Shown here in pieces: positions 38,245 to 50,400 of a stretch of DNA of 64,000 bases. The stretch is from Scyliorhinus canicula (taxonomy: Eukaryota): assembly GCF_902713615.1 (NCBI RefSeq), contig NC_052150.1:205327353-205391352 (forward strand), given 5' to 3'. Both the position numbers and the translations under genes were made by a program. The notes beneath the pieces are model-generated. The model made no database searches. It was not told where the DNA came from and saw only the letters and a program-made list of their open reading frames with translations. The first letter of the stretch is position 1. Each line of letters opens with the position of its first letter.

Positions 38245-38432
38245 TGGGAGCTGGTTTAGCTCACCAGGCTAAATCGCTGGCTTTTAAAGCAGACCAAGCA
38301 GGCCAGCAGCACGGTTCGATTCCCGTACCAGCCTCCACGGACAGGCGCCGGAATGTGGCGACTAGGGGCTTTTCACAGTAACTTCATTGAAGCCTACTCG
38401 TGACAATAAGCGATTTTCATTTTCATTTCATT
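38245..38432 (+). mobile_element. Short tRNA-SINE (GGGCTGGTTTAGC head, Rex1-like tail); copies 44973-45156+, 52465-52645-, tails at ~62430-62530- and ~63862-63920+
   Basis: Near-identical copies GCTGGCTTTTAAAGCAGACCAAGCAGGCCAGC...GGTTCGATTCCC...GTGACAATAAGCGATTTTCATTTTCATT. Confidence 0.88.
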
Positions 38433-39377
38433 TTTCAAATCCTTGATAATGGACTCCAGCAACTTCCCTTCTTCCCACAGTGCGCAGAACGCCTAGACAA
38501 AAGTACAAATTACAGAACACTCCACTCCACTCCTCCTTCCCCAACCTGCAGCTTGGCCGGGGTTTTTACACAACTGGGGCTCTCTTTGTAAAAGGGAAAC
38601 CTGACCCCCTTAAAGGGGAAGGCCTACCTGCCTTAAAGGGGAAGTTCATGGGAAATCGTATAGTCCTGATCCCGGGACTTCCATTGGGGTTACAACACAA
38701 CTGTTTCCCAACCCATCTGGAAGCCACCATTGTATGTGTTGGGGAGGGGTGTGTTTAGCATTCTTAGCAGTAAAGGGGTCCCAGCTTTTCAAAGGTGAAA
38801 TTCTACAGAATTTGTGAAGACCTTCTGCTTCTGTTCGCTAGTGATGTTTTGCATTTTCTTACAAGTGTGCAGTGCCTGTACAATTTGCTCAGTGGTAAAA
38901 GGAATTCTGGAAGGGTAGCTTTTCCACCACGGGATATCTTTCTGGGAAATTCCCTGGGACTGGAGGAAGAGCAGGGACAGGAGGAAGAAGTGCACATTGC
39001 TGCATACACGAGTCCCCACAATCTCATGGTTTCGAACCAAGGTAACATAGCTGCTCAGGGAAGCAGTGCATCAGAAAGCTGTGCTTCTCTGTCACTTCTA
39101 TGAGCATGGAAATTAGCACAGGCCCCATTTTCAGTGCCTGGGGCTCCTTCCAGTCCGCCAGAGCTTAATGGCAAAGTCTGCCAGTCTTCACTTCACGTTT
39201 TCATTAAGCAGGTGGCTAATGCCATGTTTTAAGTCTTTCCTTATGGATAACTGGAAACAGCAGGATAAGAGCTGGGACACACTCCAAGTCTAGAGTCTCA
39301 CTGACTGGATCCACAGCACCCTGCAAGGTACTTCAGAAGACCCCTGATTTCCTGGCCAATATTTATCCCTCAATCAT

Positions 39378-39717
39378 GGAACATAGAACAGTACAGCACA
39401 GAACAGGCCCTTCAGCCCTCGATGTTGTGCCGAGCAATGATCACCCTACTCAAACCCACGTATCCACCCTATACCCGTAACCCAACAACTCCCCCCCTTA
39501 ACCTTTTTATTCGGACACTACAGGCAATTTAGCATGGCCAATCCACCTAACCCGCACATCTTTGGACTGTGGGAGGAAACCGGAGCACCCGGAGGAAACC
39601 CACGCACACACGGGGAGGACGTGCAGACTCCACACAGACAGTGACCCAGCCGGGAATCGAACCTGGGACCCTGGAGCTGTGAAGCATTTATGCTAACCAC
39701 CATGCTACCGTGCTGCC
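39378..39717 (-). mobile_element. Full-length HE1 SINE inserted into an older Deu-type SINE (~39340-39895)
   Basis: Canonical HE1 sequence. The flanks TCCTGGCCAATATTTATCCCTCAA... and ...TGTGCAAATTGGCTGC...TATAAATGGAAGTCTTTC form a Deu-domain SINE. Confidence 0.85.
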
Positions 39718-39949
39718 TCAACGTGATAAACACAGATTGGTTATTGTCACATTGCTGATGTGGGAGCTAGCTGTGTGCAAATTGGCTGCTATGGTTTATA
39801 CATTACAACAGGGACTAAATTACTTCACTGACAAGCCTTTTGGCACATCCTGATGCACTGTATAAATGAAAGGCACTGTATAAATGGAAGTCTTTCTTAT
39901 CAAAATGCCTTTTGAAAACCCGTCTACACCATTTCTTCATCAATTCATT

Positions 39950-40280
39950 AGGGCGGCACAGTGGTTAGCACTGCTGCCTCACAGCGCCAGGCAGCCAGGT
40001 ACAATTTGGCCTTGGGTCACTGTCTGTTTGGAGCTTGTACTTCTCCCCCTGACTACGTGGGTTTCCTCCGGGTGCTTCGGTTTCCTCCCTCAGTCCAAAG
40101 ACGTGTAGGTTAGGTGGATTGACCATGATAAATTGCCCCTGAGAATCCAGGGAGGTGCGGGTTAGCTTATGGAGTTGCAGGGGTAGGGGGGAATGGGCAT
40201 GGGCAGAGTGCTCATACGAAGGGTCGATGCACACTGGGTGGGCCAAATGGCCTCCTTCTGCACTGCAGGGATACTATGAA
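39950..40280 (+). mobile_element. HE1 SINE (diverged)
   Basis: GGGCGGCACAGTGGTTAGCACTGCTGCCTCAC...GGGCCAAATGGCCTCCTTCTGCACTG. Confidence 0.85.
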
Positions 40281-41356
40281 TCCATTTTGCTATTTTCTCA
40301 TATCATTATATTAAGATTTTTTGATATGATTTTGCTTTTATGAATCAATGCATACTGTCCTGAATTAACCCATATCTAGAAGAGCAATAATTTTCCCCAT
40401 ATCAAGGCCTCTAGAATCTTGCCCTCTAAATGCTGTTAAACTGACTCGTCTATAATAAACCTTATTTTGTCATTTGCAGTTAATTATTACCCTGTGTGAA
40501 TCACTGTAAATTATGCATAATAGATACTAAGTCTTTATTGAAGTATAAAAAAAAGATAATGCAAGCTTATAGCAGCCAGAAAATCATATTTTTTTGTTTG
40601 ATTAAACTTAAGTACAGCTCTGGCAAAGCTTCCAGACATGAGAGATCCTATTAGGTATGTGAAAGATTCTTGATAGAAGATCCTTCACAGACAGGCTGCC
40701 CCAACGCTCCTGTGTGGAATTTCAGAGCAGGATAATGAAAGGAAAAGGCAAATGTGACAGAAATATTTCTAACTGCGCTGAATCAAAACACGGGACCTTG
40801 TGAACTCTCGATAGGCGCGACTGGAACCAGGGCCTGCTTAACTTTTTTAAATTGTGTGGTTTGGATGCTAAGTTGAATTGTGCGGCCAAATGTGCTTTTA
40901 ATTGCAGGTGGGGAACGTAACAACATGTCATTGCTAATTCTGAATTATCTTAAAACAGACAAGCGGAACCGAGCTGGAGGCCGATAAATTATTCATGTAA
41001 TAAGGTTTAACAAGAAATAATGATGGCGGGTTATTAATAAGAACCTGGAGCAACAGTTGCATTTTTAAAATGTGACATTGAAGAGTCATTAGCTGCTCTC
41101 TGATGTGTCATTTTCAAAACGAGATTACAAAATAAAAAATCTTTCATATTAATAACTGTGTTTAAGTCTTGCCAATGGTAGCTCACTGAATTTAAATTCA
41201 ATTAACGAACCTGGAATAAAATGCTGGTCTCATCAATAATGGTCATGGTACATCTGGATTGCTATAAAAATATATCTCGTTCAATAATACACTTTGGTGG
41301 GAGGAAATCTGCCACCTTTACCTGGCCTGGCCTACATACATGTAATTCCACTTTAA

Positions 41357-41706
41357 CGGCAGCACAGTAGCACAGTGGTTAGCACAGTTGCTTCACAGCT
41401 CCTGGGTCCCAGGTTCGTATCCCGGCTTGGGTCACTGTCTGTGTGGAGTCTGCACGTTCTCCCTGTGTCTGCGGGGTTTCCTCCGGGTGCTCCGGTTTTC
41501 TCTCACAGTCCAAAAATGTGCAGGTTAGGTGGATTGGCCATGCTAAATTGCCCTGAGTGTCCAAAAAAGATTTGGTGGGGTGACTGGGCTACGGGGATAG
41601 GGTGGAGGCGTGGGCTTGGGTGGGGTGCTCTTTCCAAGGGCCGGTGCAGCCTCGATGGACCGAATGGAATCCTTCTGCACTGTAAATTCTATGATTTCTA
41701 TGATTC
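41357..41706 (+). mobile_element. HE1 SINE
   Basis: Complete head, V-domain and TTCTATGATTTCTATGATT tail. Confidence 0.9.
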
Positions 41707-42058
41707 CATGATGAGAGGGTTGACCCTCAACTACACCAACATGGCACAACAGGGAAAAAAGGTCTGAGGGTCCACGTTCCAACGTATCAAGAGCAATTAG
41801 GGTTGGGAAAAGAAGTTTGGCATTGCTCACAACTCAAAAATGAACGCAAAAGCTTTTAAACCCTGGGCCTGGCTTCACCTAAGCTTGATAGGCTGAAAAT
41901 TACAATTCATATTAGTGCTCAAACATTTGACATGCTAGTGTGAAGTAACTTAAGAACAGAGGAACATCTTTGAGAAATTAGAACAATAGTTTCAAAAGTG
42001 ACAAGGGGGGTTTTCCATTAATGTTTCAGCGTATAACAGCCAGGCTCCCATCTTGATC

Positions 42059-42296
42059 GAAAATAAGCAAAATACTGTGGATGCGGGAATCTGAAATAAG
42101 AACAGAGGATGTTGGAAAAACTCAGCAGGTCCAGCAGCATCTGTAAGGAGAGAAAGCAGAGTTAACGTTTTCAATCCGCTTGGCTCTTCAAACTCCTCTG
42201 CTGAAGAGCCAGATGGTCTTGAAATGTTAACTCGTGTTTTCTCTCCTTCCAGTTGCTGCCAGACCTGCTGAGCATTGCCAACATCCTCTGTTCTTG
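42059..42296. repeat. Palindromic interspersed repeat (Penelope-terminal/MER6-like hairpin) with 13-bp direct flanks
   Basis: Arms AAGAACAGAGGATGTTGG..CTCAGCAGGTC..GAGTTAAC and their reverse complement. TCCCATCTTGATC at 42046-42058 and 42297-42309. Confidence 0.75.
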
Positions 42297-42444
42297 TCCC
42301 ATCTTGATCTCCCTGGTCTTTTCCTCATTGACTCTTGTTGGATGTCTTGACCGTTTGCGTTAGATTTTCAATTTTAAAAACCCTTTAATTTCAACAGTTG
42401 TCCTCTCATTAAATATTGGTGTGGTATTGTGCTAGGGTGCTCGT

Positions 42445-43175
42445 ATGCGTGGCACAGCGGCTTGCACTGCTACCTCACAGCACCAGGGACCCGGGTTCGA
42501 TTCCAACCTTGGGTAACTGTCTATGTGGAGTTTGCACTTTCTCCCTGTGTGTGTGGGTTTCTTTCTTGTGCTCCAGTTTCATTTCACAGTGCAAAGGTAT
42601 GCGGGTTAGGTGGATTTGCCATGATAAAATTTCTCCTTTGCGTCCAGGGATGTGTACATTAGGTGGGGTTACGGGTATAGGGCGGGGAAGTGGGGTTGGG
42701 TGCTCCTTCAGAGGGCCGGTGTGGACCTGATGGGCCAAATGGCCTTCTTCTGAACTGTAGATGGTCTATGTATAGATTTTCTTATTGATTATTGTCTAAG
42801 CCTGCTCTGCCAGATTGAACTGTGTACCTCAGCTGTGTGACAATAATACATGGTTTGGCCACTATAAATTCCCAATGCTTATAACCATTTTGACAACTTG
42901 CAGTAAAGAATTGCACTTAAAATAAAGACCATACGGCCAACCGTTTCTTCTACAACTTTCACCAATTAGAGAATGAATGAATAAAAATTCTTGGCACAAA
43001 GATGTGCAGATTAGGTGGATTGGCCATGTTAAATTGCCATTTAGTGGCCAAAGGTTAGGTGGGATTACAGGTTGCAGGGGAGTGGGCCTAGGAGGGTGCT
43101 CTTTCAGAGGGGCGGAGCAGATTCGATGGGCCGAATGGCCTCCTTTTGTACTGTAGAGATTCTGTGATTCTATGA
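42445..43175 (+). mobile_element. Two HE1 SINEs (42445-42770 near full length; 42995-43175 3' half)
   Basis: B box GGGTTCGATTCC, AGGTGGATT(T)GCCATG and GGGCC(A/G)AATGGCCT tails. Confidence 0.82.
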
Positions 43176-43829
43176 TTTGGGAGAAGTCTTTCATGGTAAT
43201 GTTAGAATGATGAGTTATGAAGTTTGAATGATGGTTTATTTTGGTAGCGTTTATCATTTCAGAAGAGAAATCCTATTCCGTAAGAGTCCAATAGTTGTGA
43301 AACAAGTTCACATTAATAAAAGCACAGTGTATTATATTTAATCGTGTCAGTGCCACATAGGAGGCAAAACCCAGATTTGAGTTTTCCTTTGCTCAGATGC
43401 CTGGTGAGTCACACTAAGTCACGCCAAACATGGGTAAGAGGGAGAAATTAAAGGGAAGCATTCTATCTGTTCAGCATGTTGTGTCCTTGGCGAGCTTTGT
43501 TCTCACTGCTTGAAGTGTTATGAGCCTCTGAGCACTCTGCACCTGCCCAATTCAGGCCTCTTGTGAATCACCAGTTTTCACTGTTTCACCATTGGCGGCT
43601 ATACTTTCAGCTGCCTACGTCCTTCCTAAGCCTCTCAAGCCACTCCCACTCTCACATTCTCGCCTTTAAAACCACTCCTTAGACCTACTTCTTTGACCAA
43701 GCTTTTCGGCACCTGTCCTAATATTTCCATTTGTGGCTCAGTATATATAACCTTGTTTGATAACTTCCCTGTGAAGTGCCTTGGGCCATTTTACTGTGTG
43801 AAAGGTCCTGGAAGCTGTTATTGTTGTAT

Positions 43830-45475
43830 TCCTTCTTAGGCAGTCCTTCGGGGTCTGAATCCACCCCAGTTCAATGGGCTCTGAGATGGCTGATACGTCT
43901 ATAAAGCCACACGTGGGGGCAGGTGTTGCTTGAAAGCCAAGACAGATGTGGTTTTCAGAAGTTTGAACCTTTTTCCCGATACCTTAACATCACCGCCCTC
44001 TGCTCCTAATGAAGTCTTTCGATGTATTCAGTGCCTTCCCAAATAATCCCTTTGGTCGGTCACGGGCAAAGGAGACTCCTGAGTTGGCAGGGATTCTTGA
44101 CTTCTTCAGGGATGGTTTGAGGACATCCCTAAAGCGTTTCCGTTGTCCTCCTTGGAGTCTCCTGCTAAGGCCGAGTTCTGAATAGACCATCTGCTTCTGG
44201 AGTCTGATGCCAGACATACGAGTGACATACCTTGCCAGACTGAGCTGGTTTTGAGTCATTAGTGCCACAATGTCGGGCATGTTGGCTTGGGAAAGGATTC
44301 TGCCACTTGACTGCCTTTTCTGCCACTGGATTTTGAGGATCTTTCAAAGGCCCTGCTGTCAGTGCTTCAGTAGTCCTCTGAGATGCCTGATGTAGGTTGT
44401 CCAAGTCTCTGAAGCATACAGGAATATAGGAACCACTGTTGCCTGGTAAACCATGACCTTGGTCTTGGGTTTGAGATCCTAGTACTCAGAGAACATTTTC
44501 CCAGCCCGTTGAAGGCTCAGCAGACTCATTGAGGTAATAAAGAATTTTGTCATATTGCTCTGCCTTCCTCAAAAGGAAATGATCAAAATACAAAAAATGG
44601 TCCACATTTTGCAGGATCTCACAATTGATCTTAATCAATGGAGGGAGGTGTTGTGCTGTGGCCGTTGATGGGAAGAAGACAGTATTTTTCCACGTATTTA
44701 TTGAAAGCCGCATTTTTCTCACATTTTCAGAGAAGGATTAGGGATCTCACTGCTGTCGACCACAGGGTAGATCATTGCAAGGATCCTCTTCAATAGTGTC
44801 CTCTCAATGGACAGAGAGCTCCGTCCAGAGTCGCAGCGCAGGTTTCACTCTTCACGAGGCACCGCAGACATGATTGTCTTTGAGTGAAAAATGCATGGAA
44901 CAACACCAACCACTGGATATGGCTTTTTTCAACATCAGGAAAGTCTTTCACTCTGCTGCGATGGCTTATGAAGGGGCTGGTTTAGCACACTGGGCTAAAT
45001 TGCTGGCTTTTAAAGCAGACCAAGCAGGCCAGCTGCACGGTTCAATTCCCGTACCAGCCTCCCCGAACAGGCGCCGGAATGTGGCGACTAGGGGCTTTTC
45101 ACAGTAACTTCATTGAAGCCTACTCGTGACAATAAGCGATTTTCATTTCATTTCATGAAGGATTCTGTTTAAATTTGGCTGCCCTCAGAAATTAGTCATT
45201 ATCCTCCGCCTACTCCACAATGATATGGAACCACTGCAGACCCTAAGGCAATGAAGACTGGGGTTAAACAAGGTTGTGTCCCTTCAACAACCGTTCTCTC
45301 CATCATCCTCATCACTATGTGCATCTCACCTCCATCAAATCACCTACAGGCACGGAGTTTAATTCCAGAATAGACGGGAAACTGTTCAACTTAATGCTGC
45401 CTTCAATCTAAAACCAAAACCATTCCAACCTCAGTCACTCAGCTTCAATATGCAGATTATGCTTGTGTGTGTGTG
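43830..45475. mobile_element. RTE/BovB-like LINE with an inverted 5' segment (3' part 44725->43830 on -, RT part 44730->45475 on +)
   Basis: Minus strand: MRLSINTWKN, VDHFLY, RYVTRMSGIRLQKQMVYSEL...GGQRKRFRDVLK. Plus strand: GISLLSTTG, RGTADMI, EKCMEQHQPLDMAFF, KFGCPQK, GVKQGCV, LQYADY. Confidence 0.82.
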
Positions 45476-45479
45476 TGTC

Positions 45480-46502
45480 GATGATTTGATTAAGCTGCGG
45501 GATGTTAATAGAGTCAGCTTGTCTGTGAGGTGAGAGATAAAAAGGGTAAAGGTGCTCGAAGCATGTATTTATAATGATAAGCTATGGTGAAGGTGGATTT
45601 CCAAGTAACTAGGTTGGGTTTTTAAATATTTGCAATAGGAGATAGATATGGACTTGGCTTTTCATCAGTTGGGTGGATTTCCAAGTAACTAGGTTGTGTG
45701 TTTAAATATTTGCAATAAGAGATAGATAGGGTCTTGGCTTTTCATCTATTGAATTTTAAAGGGGAGTTTAAGGGACTTTCACAACTTACAAAAGTTTCAG
45801 AAGTAGCTAGAGAAAGCCACTACATTTTATTTGACCCAGATGTTGAGGCAATAGGAAAACATGAAATCTTTATATTTTGGAAAAGCTATGTTCCAAGAGG
45901 TGCTAAGGATAATGGAAGCAGAGATGAAAGGAACCAAAGGATATTTAAGGAAGGATGTTGAGCTGAGTTGTGTTGGCTGTGCGGGGGAGACATCTTGGGA
46001 CGAATTGTGTGCTGAGATATGGCGCAAAATCTGAAGCAGTCATCCAGAAACCAGAAAAATCTGTGTTCCTGAAAGCAGTTTTGTTGATAAGTTTTCCTGG
46101 ATTTCCACAGCAGAGTGGAAGTGGGTGAGAAGTTGTGTGGCATATGTTTACAAAAGTGGCTGTGGTTTTGCCTGAGGTGGATCCTGGATTTTTTAAATAA
46201 AAATTCTATGAAGGAGTGTTGCCAAGAAGGTGTTTAGTTGTGTGTTCTGACTAAGTGGATTATTTTGGGGGCTTTTAGTAAAGCTGTTTTATCTGTGTAA
46301 CTTTAATTATGTGTGCTTAAGTTTTCTTCTCTTCTTGTTAATAAATCTTTTAATGTTTAATGTCCCAAAAGTATTACTGGAATTCTGAATTACATGCTTC
46401 TGGGATCAGTAGATTTCTTCTCAATTCTCAGAATACAGAAAAATGGTTATAATCAGTAAGACAAGTTCCCCTGAGCAAGTAATATCTACTGGGGTCATAA
46501 CA
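45480..46502 (+). mobile_element. Probable long solo LTR with an internal ~80-bp tandem duplication
   Basis: AATAAA (~46340) and end ...GGGGTCATAACA. GGTGGATTTCCAAGTAACTAGGTTG...CTTGGCTTTTCATC occurs at ~45592 and ~45672. Confidence 0.5.
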
Positions 46503-46504
46503 TT

Positions 46505-49500
46505 CTGTTAATAAAGGAAGAGATCAGGAGAGCAGTGAGAAACCTTGCCCACACATGCCACCTGTTATAACCCCCCCCCCATACCTGGCTAGCCAACACC
46601 TCACAATGTGATTTTCGTATCCCCTTGGGTAAGACAGGACATAACAGGAGGGAACATGAAAAGATGGGTGGGGGCATGCCCAAGATATGTACCCTCACCC
46701 CCTTTGTGGAGAGGGCCATGGAAGTTGCGGGCGAGGTCAAGGGGCGAGCAGTAGCAGATATTAAAGCAACTTTATCCTGATGTCCCATCTCGAGTGAGTC
46801 TCTCATCATGGGCGGCATGGTAGCACAGTGGTTAGCACTGCTGCTTCACAGCTCCAGGGTCCCAGGTTTGATTCCCAGCTTGGGTCACTGTCTGTGTGGA
46901 GTCTGCGCATTCTCCCCGTGTGTGCGTGGGTTTCCTCCTGCTGCTCCGGTTTCCTCCCACAGTCCAAAGATGTGCAGGTCAGGTGGATTGGCCATTTTTC
47001 TTAGTGTCCAAAACGGTTAGGTGGGGTTACTGGGTTACGGGGATAGGGTGGAGGTGTGGGCTTGGGTATGGTTCTCTTTCCAAGGGCTGGTGCAGACTCG
47101 ATGGGCCAAATGGCCTTCTTCTGCACTGTAGATTTTATGATTCCAGATCTCCCACAGCCTTGTTCTTCCCAAAAGCTGGCCCCATGTCCTTTGACTTCCA
47201 GGATATCCACCACATGAGGCCAGGTTTCATGGACCTAAAACCTGTCCAATCCCTCAGATGACCCCGGAGTCGGCCTCCAGGGAGGACACCAACGTCTCGA
47301 CGCTGTTTTCACCAGCACCTTCCACTAGTGCAGAGACACTCAGCTCCATGGGTCATGTTAGCTTCTGGGGTACCTTCTGATGAGCCCCACACAACTGCAG
47401 TAGCGCATCAGGTGGAGGCAGGAACTTCCAGTGAGCAACCAGTCGAAGGCCTGCTTGATCCCAGAGAACAGCTGCCCCCTAAGCCAGATGTCAGGCTTCC
47501 GGTAAAGGTTATTCCATCACTGGTGCAGATGCAAACTCAGAGCCAGATTTTACAGGAAGGGTTGTCAGCAACATTCCAGTGCTTGCGAGTCTAACTGGAT
47601 AAGGCCTTCAGGCACAGCAGATGGTGCCGGCACTGCGTGGTACCCAAGCCAACACTGCAAGGGTGGTATCTGCAGTGGAGAGCCATGTGTGAGGTCGTCC
47701 AAGGCTTGGGTCACACTGTGCTGTCTATGGCTGAGGTGCAGGGCAGGAGGGCCCAGTCGTACATAGTCGCAAAGGGCATCAAGAACATTGGCTGTACATT
47801 GTTGCACAGAGAGGCATGTCTGAAACACTGCACCGTTGGACCTGACCCACTCGCTGAGGGACATGTTCCTTCCATAGGGCACCATGGCTGAGGGCATCGA
47901 CAACATGGCTCAGACAATGGCAAGCCTCCAGGATTGGTAATGCCAGGTGATGTTGTGGCCTTTGGAGCTCACTGTCATTGCCCCTCCATCCCATGGAGTA
48001 GCCCTGGGGTCAGTGAGTAGCCTGATGGAGGAGGAAGCAATGGAGCCCATCCCGGGGTCTTCCACAAGGGAGGCACTGGAAGTCTCCAGCCCTTCTGAAT
48101 TACCCCCTCCTGACACTGATGCAACTCCTGGGCAGCAGGCAAAGCAGGCTGACATGTCACCACCTGTCAGTCGGGCCCTTCAGGTCAAGGCCCTCCAGAG
48201 GATGCCTGCCAAGGCCATCACAGGTCAGAGGGCATGAAGAGCTGCAGGCCACCTCCACTTCTGATGTGCATTCCTGCTAAAAGGAGCGCGAGGCTACGTA
48301 AGTGTAGGAAGATACACGATCACTAAGTTTGCATGGGTATAGATGCACAGAATTAGTTGGGAGAAAGGGATACATGTAAACCACACTATTAAACAGATTT
48401 GCACTCCCACTCTGAGCTGGCTCTCTGGTCTCACCACTTTCCCACGGAGAGGTGGGGGGGGCGGGGTTGGGGTGGGGTGGGATGGGGTTATGCTGAGGCT
48501 GGGTAGGGGGGAGGTGGAGTGGGGGGGGTATCCACATCGTACCTCTGATCGTCCCACAGGCCTTCCTGCCTCACCCGGAAGGGCCAGGCCATCAGAGCAT
48601 CAGTGTGAGACACCCTGGTATGACACCATCCCCCGCTCACACTCCCATGACACAATCCCCCTCCACCCCCCACCACCAAAGAAACAATGCGGCCTAGAGA
48701 TAGGTGCCCTCATCGCGCGCAATCAGGGATCAGCCAGGCCGTCAGTGGCATCAGGAAGTCAGGAGTCAGACTTTCTCAAATAATGAAGAGTACCAGGGCT
48801 CACCTCACAGCGTGTCATCATCATCCTCCGTCCCACAAAAGAGAGCGGCAAACACTGCCAGCACAGACCCATCACCCTGGTGTGATGTTAAGATGACCCT
48901 TGGATCATCGCATTGAGGGAGAAAAGATTGAAGGGAAGGTGGTGGGAACAAGGCTGATGAGTAAGGGAGATTAAAGGGTAATAGGAAGACATGGTCGGAG
49001 GACAAACAAGATGATGGTGATGGAACTGCCACACTATGGGCCTCATAGTCGGCGAGTCTGGACTCAGTGGGGTTATCCCTGGTGCGATGGTCCTGTAGGA
49101 CACTAGCCACAGCCTGTTGAATCTGTCTTCCTCGGGATCCTCCAGGACAACCCTCATCGTCCTCCTCATCCATCAAGTCTCATGTTCCTCCTCCTACTCA
49201 ATCATGTCGCCCCGCTACAACATCAAGCTGTGCAGCACCCAGCAGGTCAGCCCGATCAGCGAGGCCCTCTGGGGGCTATATTGTAAAGCTCCACCAGAGT
49301 GGTCCAGACAGTGAAACCGTATCTTGCATTGCTCAATGACGCTCCTTGTTGCTGAGTGAGCATCATTGTACCAGTTCTCCGCTTCTGCCTGGGCCTCCGC
49401 ACGCACGTCATTAACTATGACCTCTGCAGGTAGGTCTTGTCACCCACAAGGCAACTCTTCATCCGAGGGAGCACCTTGAATGCGCCGGAAACCTCAAAAG

Positions 49501-50400
49501 GCGGCAGGATGAACGCGTCGTACACACTGCCTGGATAGTGTGCACATACGTGCATGATGTGCAGTTGGTGATCGCATGCCAATTGCGCTTTCATGGAATG
49601 GTACCCCTTCCTGTCAATGAAGGGCATCCTCTGTCATGCCAGTGCTCGTAGGGCGACCCGCATGTCATCGATTGCCCTCTTGACCTGAAGCATTTCAGCC
49701 ATGGCAGTGAATTCCACAGCCTGGGCATCCTGGCGGGCCTGGTGTAGTGAAACGGTGATGTAGGGCAGCACAGTGACGCAGTGGTCAGCCCTGCTGCCTC
49801 ACGGTGCCGAGGTCCCAGGTTCAATCCCGGCTCTGGGTCACTGTCCGTGTGGAGTTTGAACATTCCCCCCGTGTTTGCGTGGGTCTCGCCCCCACAACCC
49901 AAAGATGTGCAGGGGAGGTGGATTGGCCACGCTAAATTGCCCCTTAATTTGAAAAAATGAATTGTCTAAATTTATTTCTTTTTAAATAAAAAGGTGATGT
50001 AGTCCGTTGTCGGGCGCATAGGGCATGCATGACATCGTGGATACACCTGTGCGAGCATGTTTGGGATATTGCTTGAGCCCTGGAATGAACCAGAGGCACA
50101 AATGTTTAAGGCAGCCATTAGCCTGACGGCCACCGGGAGCAATCTCCTCCTCCACCTCTTGGGGCGAGGCCTGTGAGAACCTGGCACAAGTGCCGCAAGA
50201 TCTCCTTGTGAAGTTGGAATCTTCGTCGGCACATGGTATCCGCCATCTCATTGAAGGACAAATGCCTTTTGTAGCGTGGCCTTCGTTCCCACTTATTGAC
50301 CTGTTGGGGAGCCGGCACTTCAGCCTCATCGGCAGGCCCCCCCCCCCCCCCCCCCCCCCCCGGGTCGGATTTTACCGAGATTTGTTAAAATGTGAAACTT
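46505..50400. mobile_element. Decayed two-gene PIF/Harbinger transposon: Myb/SANT-partner remnant (+, ~46505-48270) convergent with HARBI1-like DDE transposase (-, ~50330-48800)
   Basis: Transposase motifs RYKRHLSFNEMADTMCRRRFQL, FIDRKGYHSMKAQLACDH..YPGSVYDAFIL, LVGDKTY and YNDAHSATRSVIEQ..RFHCLDHSGGALQYSP. SINE insertions at 46810-47120 and ~49765-49990 (GGTGATGTAG repeated on both sides). Confidence 0.85.

Noticed and set aside
48800-50330. Domesticated HARBI1 gene
   Set aside because: It has frameshifts, stops and a SINE insertion, and several paralogous remnants occur in the window, so it is a dead transposon copy.
50337-50361. Long poly-C/poly-G runs (also ~30822, ~51333, ~58044) as functional G-quadruplexes
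   Set aside because: They are homopolymer expansions, mostly inside repeats; their lengths are unreliable and nothing supports a function.
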